DNA of 64,000 bases. Source: Mobula hypostoma (lineage: Eukaryota). The position numbers were made by a program, and so were the translations under genes. Positions 38,503 through 50,965 of this stretch are shown here, piece after piece (the first letter of the stretch is position 1; each line of letters begins with the position of its first letter). The notes under the pieces were generated by a model, which saw only the letters and a list, made by a program, of their open reading frames with translations, did no database searches and was not told the origin of the DNA. The stretch lies in the NCBI RefSeq assembly GCF_963921235.1, contig NC_086097.1, positions 89,654,001-89,718,000 of the forward strand. The letters run 5' to 3'.

Positions 38503-39960
38503 TCCACATTCAGTTCTTTGGTCTTATTGACGTTGAGTGCAAGGTTGCTGCAGCGACACCACTCAGCTAGCTGATATATCTCGCTCCTGTATGCCTTCTT
38601 CTCATCATCTGAAATTCTGCCAACAACAGTTGTGTTGTCAGCAAATTTATAGATGGTATTTGAGCTATTGGCCACACAGTCATGAGTGTAAAGCAAGTAG
38701 AGCAGTGGGATTTGATTTCATTTTTTACCAACAGAGTCACCCCATGTCTCTGCCTACCTGCCTGTACTTTTGATACAAGGTACATCCTTGGATTTTAAGC
38801 TCCCAACTATGGTCTTCTTTCAGCCATGACACAGTGATGTGCACAGTGTCATACCTGCCACTCTCGCCAATCTCTAACTGCACTACAAGATCATCTACCT
38901 TATTCTGTATACTATGTGCCTTCAAGTAAGACACCTTCAATCCTGTATTCATCACCCTTTCAATTTTTGCCCCCCTCCTCCCTTGTTACAATTCACTTCA
39001 TTCTACTGACTGCAATTTTGCTCTACCATCTGCCTGTCCATCCTCACAGTCTCACTACACACTGCATCGACTTGTATAGCAACTGCCCCATCCTCAGTCC
39101 CAACACTAGCTCCCATCCTTCTGTCAACTTAGTTTCAACCTTCCCCAACAGCTCTAACAAACCTGCCTGCAAGCATATTGGAACCTCTTGGGTTCAGGTG
39201 TAACCTATCCTTTTTGTACAGGTAATACATTCCCAAAAAGAGATCCATCAATGATCTAGAAATGTGAAACCCTGCCCCCTCCCACCACTCCCTCAGCCAC
39301 TCATTCATCTGTATTCTCATTCTATTCCTGCCCTAACTGGTACATGGCACTAGGAGTAATCCAGAGATTACTACTTTTGAGGTCCTGTCCCTCAGTCTTT
39401 TCCCTAACTCCCTATTCTCAGTGGCCAGGTCCTCTTCCCCCATTCTGCCTGTCTCAATGACCTCACAGCCTGTGGAGACTGTCACTGTTATGATACAGGA
39501 AATGAGAGAGCCAAGTTGTGCATGGCAAGCTTCTGGAAAAAGAAATGTGATAACAGCAATGTTGGTCATGAGGCAAAAGTTGGCCACGAGGCCATCTTCC
39601 TGCTCTCCCTTCAACTAGTGCTAGTGTGTCGTTTACATCCACCTGAATATTGCTCTAAACATCTTGTGATCAGGAATGACAACATGTTCAACGATGCACC
39701 AGTTAGTAGGTGAATTGGTCATTGCAAATTGTCCTGTGATTAGACTAGGGCTAAATAGCTGGGTTGCTGGGTAGTATGTCCTCTTGGGCCAGAAAGGCCT
39801 GTTCTAAATCAGAGGTTCCCAACCTTTTTTGTGCTGGGAGTCCCTACCAGTAACTGAGGTGTCTGTAGACCCCAGGCTGGGAACCCCTGCTCTAAACAAA
39901 AAATTAATGCACAAATTCCTATTCAGTTGTTAGAGTTTAATCACCCCAGTTCCAAGGCTT
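38503..39960. repeat. Copy 1 of ~1.45-kb local duplication (Rex1 RT fragment / CR1 EN and esterase on minus / unique spacer / SINE tail / hAT MITE)
   Basis: Colinear with 55095-56547, sharing the same TE junctions. Confidence 0.9.
39810..39889. mobile_element. 80-bp hAT (Charlie-like) MITE
   Basis: TIR cagaggttcccaacct / aggctgggaacccctg; 8-bp flanks ttctaaat / ctctaaac. Confidence 0.85.
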
Positions 39961-40189
39961 CACTAGCCAATAATATTAAAGAGGATACCAAAAGCTTTTT
40001 TCAGATATATCAAGTGTAAAAGAGAGGCAAGAGTACATAATCGAACACTGAAAAATGTGGCCTGTGTGTGCTGTACCTGTGCTCCTCACTCATGTTACTT
40101 TAACAAGTATGTGCTGTTTCCCTACATATCTATGCCACACATCCATTCTTTGTGCCTGGACTCGTTACTCGTTTTTCTTTTGGCAGAGG

Positions 40190-40990
40190 TAGACTACAGG
40201 AGAGCAAAACTAGAGGTCCACGAGTCAGCGCTCATCGAAGGATCGGAGGTGAAGAGGGTCAGTAGCTTTAAATTGCTGGGTGTCAGTATCTCAGAGGGCC
40301 TGTCCTGGGCCCATCATTTGCAAAGAAAGCACGACAGCATCTCTACTTCCTTAGACGGCTGCAGAGATTGGGTATGGCATCAAAAACCTAGACAAACTTC
40401 TATAAGTGTGTAGTGAAAAGGTATTGACTGGCTGCATTACAGCCTGGTATGGAAGTACCAATGGTTTTGAATGGAAAATCCAACTAAAGGTGGTGCATTT
40501 GTCCCAGTATATAATGGGTAAGGTCCTCACAACCATTGAGCACATCTACATGAAAAACGTTATCATAGGAAAGCAATATCTATCCTCACCACCTCTGCCA
40601 TGCTCTTTTCTTGCTGATGCCATTAAGTCGAAGGTACAAGTGCCTCAAAACTTGCACCAACAGGTTCAAGAACAGGTCCTAGTCCTTCAACCATCAAGCT
40701 CTTGAACACAAGAGGATAACTACACTCACCTATTGAGATGTTCCCACATCCAATGATCTCACTTTAAGAACTCTTTATCTTGTTCTTTCATGCTCTCATT
40801 ATTTATTGCTATTTATTTATATTTGCATATCAACAGTTTGTTGTCTTCTATGCATTTGCTCTTTCATTGATCCTGGTTACAGTTACTATTCTATAAATTT
40901 GCTGAGTTTGCCTGCAGGAAAAGGAATCACAGACTTGCATGAGCTGACATGTATGTACTCTGATAATAAATTTTACTTTGAACTTTGAAT
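40190..40990 (+). mobile_element. Rex1/Babar LINE 3' fragment
   Basis: LIEGSEVKRVSSFKLLGV, VLTGCITAWYG; tail tttgaactttgaa. Confidence 0.9.
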
Positions 40991-41749
40991 TTAATGATGC
41001 TGCATACAGTTTGATTAATACTGCTGCCACTGATGTCTGTGTCTACCAATATCACTGCATGGGTGCTAACTGCAGGCCAATCCGCGTTGAATGTGAAGCT
41101 GGCTTGTGCAGCATTCCCCAAACGTGCAACCATTCCTTTGATAAGGAAAAGGTCATCAATAATGGAAGAGGTCAGCGCCTCCAAGCTCCCCTCCATATAG
41201 TGTCCAGACTTTGACACAGATTGCCAAGGTCAAGGGTCATAATGGGGAGAACTCTGTCTGACAAAATTGTGGGAACATCTTTGCTGAGTTAGCAGCAGTA
41301 GTCCTTGCCCACAGAGGAGAATCCCATGGGAGAAGCTTGAATGAGAGATTCCAGTTTGAATAGAGGGGGTTGCGTGTTAAAGACAGGGATGTAACAATGC
41401 TTTTCCCTCTCAGGGGAGAGCCTTTGGAACTCTCTTCTTCAAAGGGCAGGGGAAGCAAAATCTCTGAATAGTTTTAAGGCAAAGGTCAATAAATAAGTGG
41501 GGGTGGGTGTGGAAAGCTAGGGAAGAAGATTCTAAGCGCTGGATGAAAATGCAGCCTGTTTGCATAGCTTGTGCAACTAATTAAGTCCAGCTGCTGTTTT
41601 GAGCTTTCACAAGGATACAGCTCCATGTCCAGGAATTAGATTTTACCTTTTCCAAATTGAATCCCAAAAATGATGCTGAAATTGGCTGTGAATAATTGCA
41701 CAACAATATTTGCGTAGTGTTCTCAGACATTTTACAGATGCACAATAAA

Positions 41750-42520
41750 TAGTCATAGAGTCATACGGCCCAGAACCAGGGCTTTTGGCCCAAATGGTCC
41801 ATAGCAACCACAACATCCTCCCAGGTGCCTGAATTCAACCCCTAATCCTCCAAGCCATTTCCCTCCATGTACCTATGCAAATGCCTCTTAAGGGTTGCAA
41901 TTGTACTTGCCTCGACCACTTACTCTGGCAGTTCATTCTGCAAACACTCTGACTTCCGTGTAAAGAACTTACCTCTCAAGTCTCTTAAATCTCTCCTCTC
42001 TTATTTTGTATTTGTGCCCCATAGTTTCAGACACCGGGGATAAGATTGTGACTTTATCCATACCCTTCATGATTTCATAAACTTCTTTGAGGTCACCCCT
42101 GGTTCTCGTGCCTTCCAAGTAATAAAGATCCAGAGTGGGCAAATTGTTCCTATAACTCAGGCTCTCTAGTCCAGGCAGCACCTTGTAAATATCTTCCCCG
42201 TCCTCTCCAATTTGACAATGTCTGTCCTATAACAGGGTGACCTAAACTGTGCTTAATACTCCCAGTGCGGCCTCACCCATAGCTGCAACATAATATCCCT
42301 ACTCCTAAATTCAATGCCCTGACAGATGAAAGCCAACATACTGAATGCTTTTTTTGCCACCCTGCTTACCAGTGTGACTGCTTCCAGTGAACTGTGCACT
42401 TGTACTCCTAGGTTCCTCTGCTCCACATCCTTATCAACGCCTGGCCATTCACTGTATAGGTCCTACTCTGGTTTGACTGTCCAAAATACATTGCCTCACA
42501 CTTACCTAAGTTGCACTGAG
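41750..42520 (-). mobile_element. CR1 LINE 3' fragment
   Basis: LPGLESLSY..RTRGDLKEVYEIMKG; agtcatagagtcata tail. Confidence 0.8.
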
Positions 42521-42929
42521 TACAAGTCCTACCCTTGTTTGATGGCATTTCTTCCCTATTCTGATGCTTGTTTCAAACAACAGCTGAAGCTCTTGACCAT
42601 GTCGGCAGGCTTTTATGTATTGAGTTGCTGCCACATGATTGGCTGATTAGAAATTTGCATTAATGAGTAGGTATGCATAAATTGCAAACGACAATGATTC
42701 CAGCACCGACCCCTATGGCAAATCACTGGACACAGGCCTCCAGACTGAGAAACAGTCCTTGACTATCCACTGAAATAATTAGGAATCCAGTCCGCTGTCT
42801 TCTCCTGGATCCCATGTGATCTAATCTTCCAGGCAAGTTTGCAAAGCAATAGCATTTAAAGGCAGATTCCCCATGACAGCAATACTCACCAGGGTTGCCA
42901 TCGAAGAGGAGGAGGCTGGAGAGGGTAGA

Positions 42930-43560
42930 AGATGTAAGACCATAAGTCATAGGAGCAGAATTAAGCCATTTGGCCCATCAAGTCTGCTCTGTCATTTCAT
43001 CATGACTGATCCATTTTCCCTCTCAGCACCAATCTCCTGCCTTCTCCCGGTGTCCCTTCATGCCCTGACTAATCAAGAATCTATCAGCCCCTGCCTTAAA
43101 TATACATAAAGACTTGGCCTCCACAGTTGCCTGCAGCGAAGAATTCCACAGATTCACCACTCTCTGACTAAAGAAATTCCTCATCATCTCCGTTCTAGAG
43201 GGCTTACTCCTCTATTCTGAGGCTGTCCCCTCTGGTCTTGCGCTCTCCCACCGTGGGAAACATCCTCCCCACATCCACTCTTTCAAGGCTTTTCACTATT
43301 TAATAGGTTTCAATGAGGTCACCCCTCATTCTTCTGAATTCTAGTGACTACAGGCCCAGAGCCATCAAACACTCTTCACATGACAAGCTGTTCAATCTTG
43401 GAATCATTTTTGTGAACTTCCTTTAAACACTCTCCAGTTTCAGCACATCCTCTCTAAGATAAGGAGCCCAATACTGCTCACAATATTCCGGGGACTCACC
43501 AGTTCATCATAAAGCCTCAACATTACATCTTTAGTTTTATATTCTAGTCCTCTTGCAATG
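42930..43560 (-). mobile_element. CR1 LINE 3' fragment
   Basis: IARGLEYKTKDVMLRLY; taagaccataag tail. Confidence 0.85.
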
Positions 43561-45474
43561 AAGGGTATGACGAGACTGTGGAGGTTTTCTGGGATTGACA
43601 CTGAAGCGTTTATAATTAAATTAAGTGCCAGGATCAGTGTTCCTGGGTTCAGCCTCTCACAAGGATTGAGGTGAAAGTTCACCTCATGTGGAAAGGATCC
43701 ACTTCAGTAGCTACATTATCTAATTATTCACTCTTGGCTTGTTCAACCACTGTTTGGGCTGTTTGCTTGGTGTGCAACCATCCCCAGCCAGCCTTGAGCT
43801 GCAGGTAAACCAATGATTGGAAATTGGATTATTATAGTACAGTGAAAATCTTTTGTTGGCATGCTATCCAGACAGATCATTCTATACTTAGGTACATGGA
43901 GGTAATGCAAAGGAACAGAATGCAGAATATAGTGTTACAGTTACAATGAAAATGCAGTGTACGTCAACAAATTAAGTGCAAGAACCAAGACAAGATACTG
44001 TATATTGAGGGATCAAGAGCTCATCTTTAGCATCTAAGAGGTCCATTCAAGAGATTTGCAATGGCAGAATAGAAGCTGTCCTTGAGCCTGATAGTATGAA
44101 TGATCAAGCTTTTCTATCTTCTGCCTGATTGAAAGGGGAGAACAGAAAACGACGGGGATGGGAAATTTCCCATCATGAGCCCTTCAAATGACATCTAAAT
44201 ATTACAACCAATGGGCAGTGTTCCTTGGCTTTTTTTGACTGCCATATAACACCTGTTGTTTTTTTCAGAGCTGGGACTTCCAATTTACATTAGGTAGGCT
44301 CAAAACCAGCATTGTGCAACATCTAAGACTGGGAAAACACTAGGTACAGAAGAGTCAGCCCTGACTGGAAGGGTCAGCATCCATTTGGCTCTCCTTCTCC
44401 TTAATGTTATTTTCATAAAGTCTGAAAATAGACAGAATATGGAGGCAAGAAGACTTTTTCACCTCAGGTTGAGTGAATCTAGAACTAAAAGTTGCAGATG
44501 TGAGGTGAAAGGTGAAATATTCAAGGGGAAAGGGAACCTCTTCACTCAGAAGGTGTTTTCAGTGGTGGCTGTAGATACAGGTTCAATTGCAACATTTAAT
44601 AGAAGTTTAGATGGGAACATGGATGGGAGAAATAAGGAGGGTTATGGTCCAAGTGCAGGTTGATGGAACTAGGCAGAAAACCAGGCCGACATGCACTAAA
44701 TGGATCGAAGGACCTGTTTCCGTGCTATAGTGCTCCATGACTCTGTCTGCACTCTTTCTCTTTTGCAAGACAGGTATTAATTTAGTAAATGAATCAGAAA
44801 GAGTAGATAAGAAAAAAATGCAAAATTATCAAATACTATATATGGGTGGAAAAATAGCAGATGGAGTTTAAGTGAGTTGTTGTACTTTGGGAGGCCAAAT
44901 ATAAGGGTAAGTATACACTTAATGGCAAGTCCCTTAACAGTTCCAGTTCCTGTTTATGATAGCATTGGTGAAACCCAATGACTAGTTACTGGTGGCAATC
45001 AAAATGAAGAATGCAACTAAATACATTATTAATAACAACTTTTTCTTGCAAAATTTATGGTAAACAATCACCGCGAACAATGGAGAGGTGAGCGAAGGTG
45101 AGGCTGAGTCCAGGGTGGAAGCGTGCGGGAGCGAGGCGAAATTGGGAGCAGTCGAGACATATGGATAGCGAGGTCGGGGTGAGTGGCACGGAGTAGAGGC
45201 AGATTCGAGCTCGTCCACCTGAACCGAGAGCGAGGTTTGATCAATCTAAGCAACAGGTCGATTTGGAAAGGTCAGGTACAGGCTGAAACGTGGCAAAGGG
45301 GTTCAGACCCAGAGTGTATTGAGGCGCCAATTCCTAGTGCGAGGATTGACCCGATACTTGGACGATTTAGACCAGGGCCAGATGGATTGAGAAAGCAGGG
45401 TGCTGAGAGAAGATGCAAAGGTTGGGCCAGTTCTGCATGCTGCTCTACAACGTTTACTGGCTGAACTGAGGCTA

Positions 45475-46230
45475 AAGGCTGGTTTATACTTGTGTGTACT
45501 AGCTTACGCCGCAGCCTATGCAAGTGGGCTACGCCGTTGCGAGCATTTATACTTGTGCGTTGGTGTGTCTGCGTCGCTCTACAATTCACCGCTGAAACGA
45601 GAGTTGGTGGTGGGGTTTCTATGCCACTGTGTTGAGTTTCATCGTGTTGAAACTCAACACGAAGAAACTCAAACTTCAAACAATGGCGACTGAAACTGAA
45701 GGAGGGTGAATTTTCTGTGCTTGTCCGGCCACTGAGAGACATGGACGAGGAAATGCATTTCAAATATTTCCGGATGTCGGCAGGTAGATTTGACAATTTA
45801 GTTCATCGTCTCCAACCGTTTGTTTCGCATCGGTGTACGCACGGTATACTCAGAGACTGGTAATCACCATTCGAGTTTTAGCTCCAGGTGGAAGTCAACA
45901 GGCTGTAGCAGCTAGCTACAAACTGGCGTCAAGCACAGGGTCCTCCATAATTTCAGAGGTCTATAAAGCTTTATGGAAAGCATTGCAGCCAGAGTTCCTT
46001 CTCTGCCCTTCAGTCACCCAATGGGAAGCTGTTGCAGTGTAGGAGGAAATGTGATTCTACCAAGCGGACCAATCACAGTCGTTGCGGTCTGCGACGCCAC
46101 GACGCATAGTTACGTTTTGGGAGAGGTGCGCATTAGGCTACGGCATAGGTTTCAGCGTAGATACAGCATAGGGTTCGCAGCTACCCCGTACCTACAGCAC
46201 ACATTTGATGCACAAGTATAAATCAGCCTT
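45475..46230 (+). mobile_element. PIF/Harbinger-family internally deleted DNA transposon
   Basis: TIR aaggctggtttatacttgtg / cacaagtataaatcagcctt (1 mismatch); internal transposase remnant. Confidence 0.9.
45705..46042 (+). pseudogene. Harbinger (HARBI1-like) transposase N-terminal fragment, frameshifted, no catalytic domain
   Basis: [36 protein letters not shown] then [43 protein letters not shown]. Confidence 0.85.
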
Positions 46231-49200
46231 TAGGCTATGGCCTACTCCGGCTGCTCCAGGCTCCTTGTCTGAGTGCTCCGTGATGTTTCAAACTACAATG
46301 TACTTTGAACTTTGAACTTTGAACTACAATGATGTACAGAGGGACTTTGGGATCCAAGTACATAACTCACTGAAAGTGGCAACACAAGTGAATACATTAT
46401 TAAAGAAGGCATATGGCATGTCTGCCTTTATTGTTAGGGGCATAGAATACAAGGACCAGGAGGTGATAATGCAGTTTTATAAAACTTTGTTTAGGCCGCA
46501 CTTGGGGTATGGTAAGCAGTTCCGGTTGCTCCATTACAGGAAGGATGTGAAGTATTCTGAAGAGGTTTACCAGGATGTTGCCTGGATGAGAGGCCATTAG
46601 TTATAAGGAGAGGGTGGACAAAGTTAGATTGTTTTCTCTGGAAGTCAGAGGCTGAGGAAGTTTATATAAGTATGACAGGGTAGATAGCCAGCATCTTTCT
46701 TCCAGGATAGAAATACCAAGTACTAGAGGGCGAAGCTTTAAGGTGAGAGGGTGAAAGTTTAAAGGGATGTGGAGGGACAAAGTTTTTACTTGGAGAATTG
46801 TGGGTGCCTGAAACATGCTGTGGAAGGTGGTGGAAGTAGAAATAATAGTAGTGATCAATAAGTTTTTGGACTGGCACATGGATATGTGGGGAATGGTGGG
46901 GTATAGATCACGTGCACACAGAAAGGGATAGTTTAAATTAGCATCATGCTCAGCACAGACATCATAGGATGAAGACCCTGTTTCTGTGCTGTCCTTTGTT
47001 CTCTGACAACCCAACTTCTAGTTACCTAGCCACAGTTTAATCAGCATCTTCAGCAGAGTGAAATGTCCGAATGCCTTTCATGTGAATGGAGCCGAACAAA
47101 AAGCCGGAAAATTAGACATCAGGGCAAGTGACTGATGCTTGGTTTATCTCCAACAAAAGATTCTGAGTTCACGAGGTGGATGGAGGGAACTTGAGGTCTT
47201 TAAGAATACAGATACCATAAGAGGGAACAGGGAAATTCTGCATGGTGTGGAGCTGGGGCAAGGGTTGGTGGAAGGGTGTGAGGTGATGAGAGGTAAAGAA
47301 ATCAAACTGCAGATGCTGGGAATCAGAGACAAAATCAGAATTGCTGGAAGACCTTGGTCAGTCCAGCAGCATCCATGGAAAGAGAAACCGGTCAAGATTT
47401 GGGTGATTAACCCTCGTGCAGGACTGGGGGAAGAGTGGAAGGGTGTTAATTTGGAACGTAGGGTTGGCGGGAGGAGTGAGGAGTGAGGCAAAAGACCATA
47501 TAGAGATAGGCTCAGACAGATTCATTGGTAAGAAGCATGGGTACTGAATGGTAGTGAGGTGATGAGAAGATTCAAGTAAAAAGGGGAAGAATTATATAAT
47601 TACAGTTTTAGTTGTCTCGGAGCACAGGGGCAATGGGTGAGTGAGATCTGGTGTGAGTTAGAGTATGCAATTTAGCTTTGGATCAGTGTTGGTCATTGAT
47701 GGTTTGCTAGCTGGGAATGAGCAATGACTGTGATTAAAGAGGAGGCGATGGCTGAAATCTTCAAATTCTTACATGTAAACATCATTAATGCTCTGTCTTG
47801 GTCTAATCAAGTATATGGCCTGGCCAAGAAAGCTTACCAATGCCTCTACTTCCTCAGAAGGCTAAGGAAATGTGGCACTGTATGACTTAGAAAGTTAATC
47901 AGATCATTAAGCCTATGGTGGTTCACAGAACAATCTCAGAAGTCTCCTTCTCCCATTTATTTCCTGGAAAACTACTAGAACATAGAACATAGAACAGTAC
48001 AGCACAAGAAATGGACCTTTGGCCCAGAATATTGTGCTGAACTATTAAACTATTAATCAAATGCAAAAAATAAACTAATTCTTTTTAATCCACACAGTCT
48101 CCATATTCTTCCATCTCCTGCACATTCATGTGACAGCGTAAGGGCCTGTTGAACACCTCCATCATATCTGCTTCCACCACCACCGTGGAGGGGTGTTCCA
48201 GGCACCCACAACTCTATGTATGCCTTTCATAATCTAATAAACCGCTTTCAGATTCTCCTCAGCCTTTGCCGCTGCATAGAAAATAACCCAAAATAACCCA
48301 AACTCTCCTTAGAGCACTTGCTCTCTAATCCAGGTAACACTGTGGTAAACCTCTTCTGTGCTCTTTCCAACACTTCCACACCCTTCATATAATGGGGTGA
48401 CTAGAATTAAATTCAATGTTCCAGATGTGGCCTAACTAGAACTTCAGAAGCTGTAACCTAACTTCCCCAGTTTTCACCTCAACTCCTCAACTAATAGAGG
48501 TAAGTCTTCTTTACTACATCATCAACCTAGGTAGCCACCTTCAGGGTGCTATGAACTTGGGCTCCAAGGTCCCTCTGTACATCAACACTGTTAAAGGCCT
48601 TGCCACTGACAGTGTACGGTAGTTTTATATTCGATCTCTCAAAGTGTAACACTTCACATGTGGCTGGGTTCAATTCCATCTGTCATTTCTCCCCCCTCCC
48701 CATATCTCTGTATCTTTTGCTGGACTTCTATGCTTTCAACAACATCATCAGTCTTTGTACTGTATCATCTGCGAACTTACTATTCCACTCATGCAGGTCA
48801 TTTATATGAATCACAAGACGTTGAGGTGCCAATGTGGTTCCCTGTAGGACACCCCTGGTCACAGACCTCCTTGTAGAATAAGTCCTATTGACCACTACCA
48901 TCTGCCTTCTATTGCCATGCCAATTTTGAATCCAAATAACCAATTCTACATGGGTTCCATGGATCTTCATGTACTGGATGAGGGAACTCATCAAATGTTT
49001 CACTAAACTCCATGTAGGTAATATCTGCTACCCTTCCTTGATCAATCACCTTCAATACATCCTTGAAAAAAGTCATGTTAGTGAGATACAACTTGCCCTT
49101 AATTCCTCTCCCTAAAAATCCTCTCCCATAACTTTGCTACCCTTGAAGTAGGGAACTCACTGATCTATAGTTACCACAATTATCCCTGTTTCCCTTCTTC

Positions 49201-49641
49201 CCCTCTGAATAATGGAACAACGTAAGCTACTCACTAGCCTCTGGGAACTCACCTGTGGCTAATGAAGGGACAAAGGACAAGAACATAAGAAATAAGAGCA
49301 GGAGTGGGCCAACTGGCCATTAAGCATGCCTTGCCATTCAATAAGATCATGGCTGAACTGACCTTGTACTTGGCTCCACCTACCTGCCTGTACCCATAAT
49401 GCTTATTTCCCCTGTTATACACAAATCTATCTAACTGTGATTTAAATATATTTAATGAAGTAGCCACTACTGCTTCCCTGGGCAAAGAGTTCCGCAGGTA
49501 CACCTTTCTCCTTTCTACCTTATCTCTGTCCTAAATCTATTCTCCTGAATCTTGAGGCATTGTCCCCTAGTTCTCATCTAGTGGAAACAACTTTACTGCC
49601 TCTATCTTATCTATTCCTTTCATAACTTTATATGATTCTTT

Positions 49642-50057
49642 CATAATGTGAGCAAAGTCTCCCAACAGAGACTGAAGCTAATGGATACAGAAGCGGTTTA
49701 TTCAACAAAAACAAGCAGCAAGCATCATTTTGAGACTCTTTTGGAGGAAGAAGCCTGTTTGACCCAATATCACATGACATTTTATTTGCTAAACATCAAA
49801 GGGTAATTCTATATTTATAATGTATCTATAATGTTTCCTTTGAATTACATATGACTTTCACACCTCCTTCTTCACACCCATACTCCAGACACCCAAAATA
49901 AATGTTAATCAGCATTGTTGTTTTTCAGTTAACCACTGCTCACAGTTCTAGGAACCTATTGTCCAGTGCTGCATTTTACATTTAGTCTGTAATCTATGTT
50001 CAGGTCTAAAGATTGGTTGCTGAAGTTAATACTTTCTTATATATCCTAAGTATATTG
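49642..50057. mobile_element. ~415-bp unclassified insertion in CR1 (LTR-like)
   Basis: gattcttt at 49634-49641 and 50058-50065; AATAAA on minus near the left end; CR1 sequence resumes on both sides. Confidence 0.5.
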
Positions 50058-50502
50058 GATTCTTTAAGATCCCCTCTCATTCTCCTGAATTCCATAAGTA
50101 TAGTCACAGGCGATTTAATCTCTCCTCATAGGCTAACTTCCTCATCTCCAAATCAACCAGGTGAACCTCCCCTGCACAGCCTCCAAAATAGCTGCACCCA
50201 ATACTCCAGTTGCAGCCTCACCAGTAACCTGTACAGTTGCAGCACAATCTTCCTGCTCTTAAATACAATCCCTCTAGAGATGGCCAATATTCCATTTGCC
50301 TTCTTGATAACTTGTTGCCCCTGCTAGCCAACCTTTTGAAATTCATTCACAAGCACTCCCTGTACAACAGCACACTACAATCGTTCACCACTCAAATAAT
50401 AACCTGTTCTACTATCTTTCCTTCCAAATTGGATGACTTAGCATTTCCCAACATTGTACTCCATCTGCCAGGAACTTGCCCACTCACTTAATCTATCTGG
50501 AG

Positions 50503-50582
50503 CAGGAGTTCCCAATCTTTTGTATACCACAGACCCCAACCATTAACCAAGGGGTCCATGCACCCCAGTTTGGATACCACTG
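50503..50582. mobile_element. 80-bp hAT (Charlie-like) MITE
   Basis: caggagttcccaatct..agtttggataccactg; TSD atctggag / atctagag. Confidence 0.85.
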
Positions 50583-50590
50583 ATCTAGAG

Positions 50591-50965
50591 CAACACAAAA
50601 TGCTAGGGGAGCTCAACAGATCAGGCACCATCTATGGAGAGGAGTAAACAGTCGATGTTTTGGGCCAAGATCCTTCATCAGGACTGGCAGGGGAAGGAAA
50701 AAAAAACAGTGCAAGAAGGTGGGGGATGGCAAGGAATATAAGCTGGCAGGTGATTGATGAACCCAAGTGAGGAGGAAGGTAGATGGGTGGGGGAGGGGTA
50801 TGAAATGAGAAATAGGAGGTGACTGGTGGAAGAGGTAAAGGGCTGGAGAAGAAGGAATCTGAATGGAGAAGAGAGTGGACCATGGATGAAAAGGTAGGAG
50901 GAGGCACACCAGGGGGATGTGATAGGCAGGTGAGGAGATAAGAAGAATTAGCAGGGGAGCCAAAC
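50591..50965 (-). mobile_element. Penelope-type 3' region with hammerhead-like core
   Basis: Minus strand cagtcCTGATGAaggatcttggcccAAAAcatcgactg at 50649-50686. Confidence 0.7.

Larger units (their letters stand above)
44835..46995 (+). mobile_element. CR1 LINE 3' part interrupted (~44941-46324) by a gaacttt-tailed element that itself holds a Harbinger derivative
   Basis: aatggcaagtcccttaacag|...|aatgatgtacagagggac; VQRDFGIQVHNSLKVATQV..FRPHLGY. Confidence 0.75.

Noticed and set aside
37674..38574. Long ORFs rich in His/Thr or Cys/Val
   Set aside because: Translations of the (CA)n tract.
45272..45796. 174-aa minus-strand ORF as the Harbinger Myb/SANT partner
   Set aside because: Crosses the TIR into host sequence and has no Trp-patterned Myb motif; antisense shadow.
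45050..46200. CpG-rich region as a promoter CpG island
   Set aside because: Explained by a young GC-rich repeat and the Harbinger derivative nested in a CR1.
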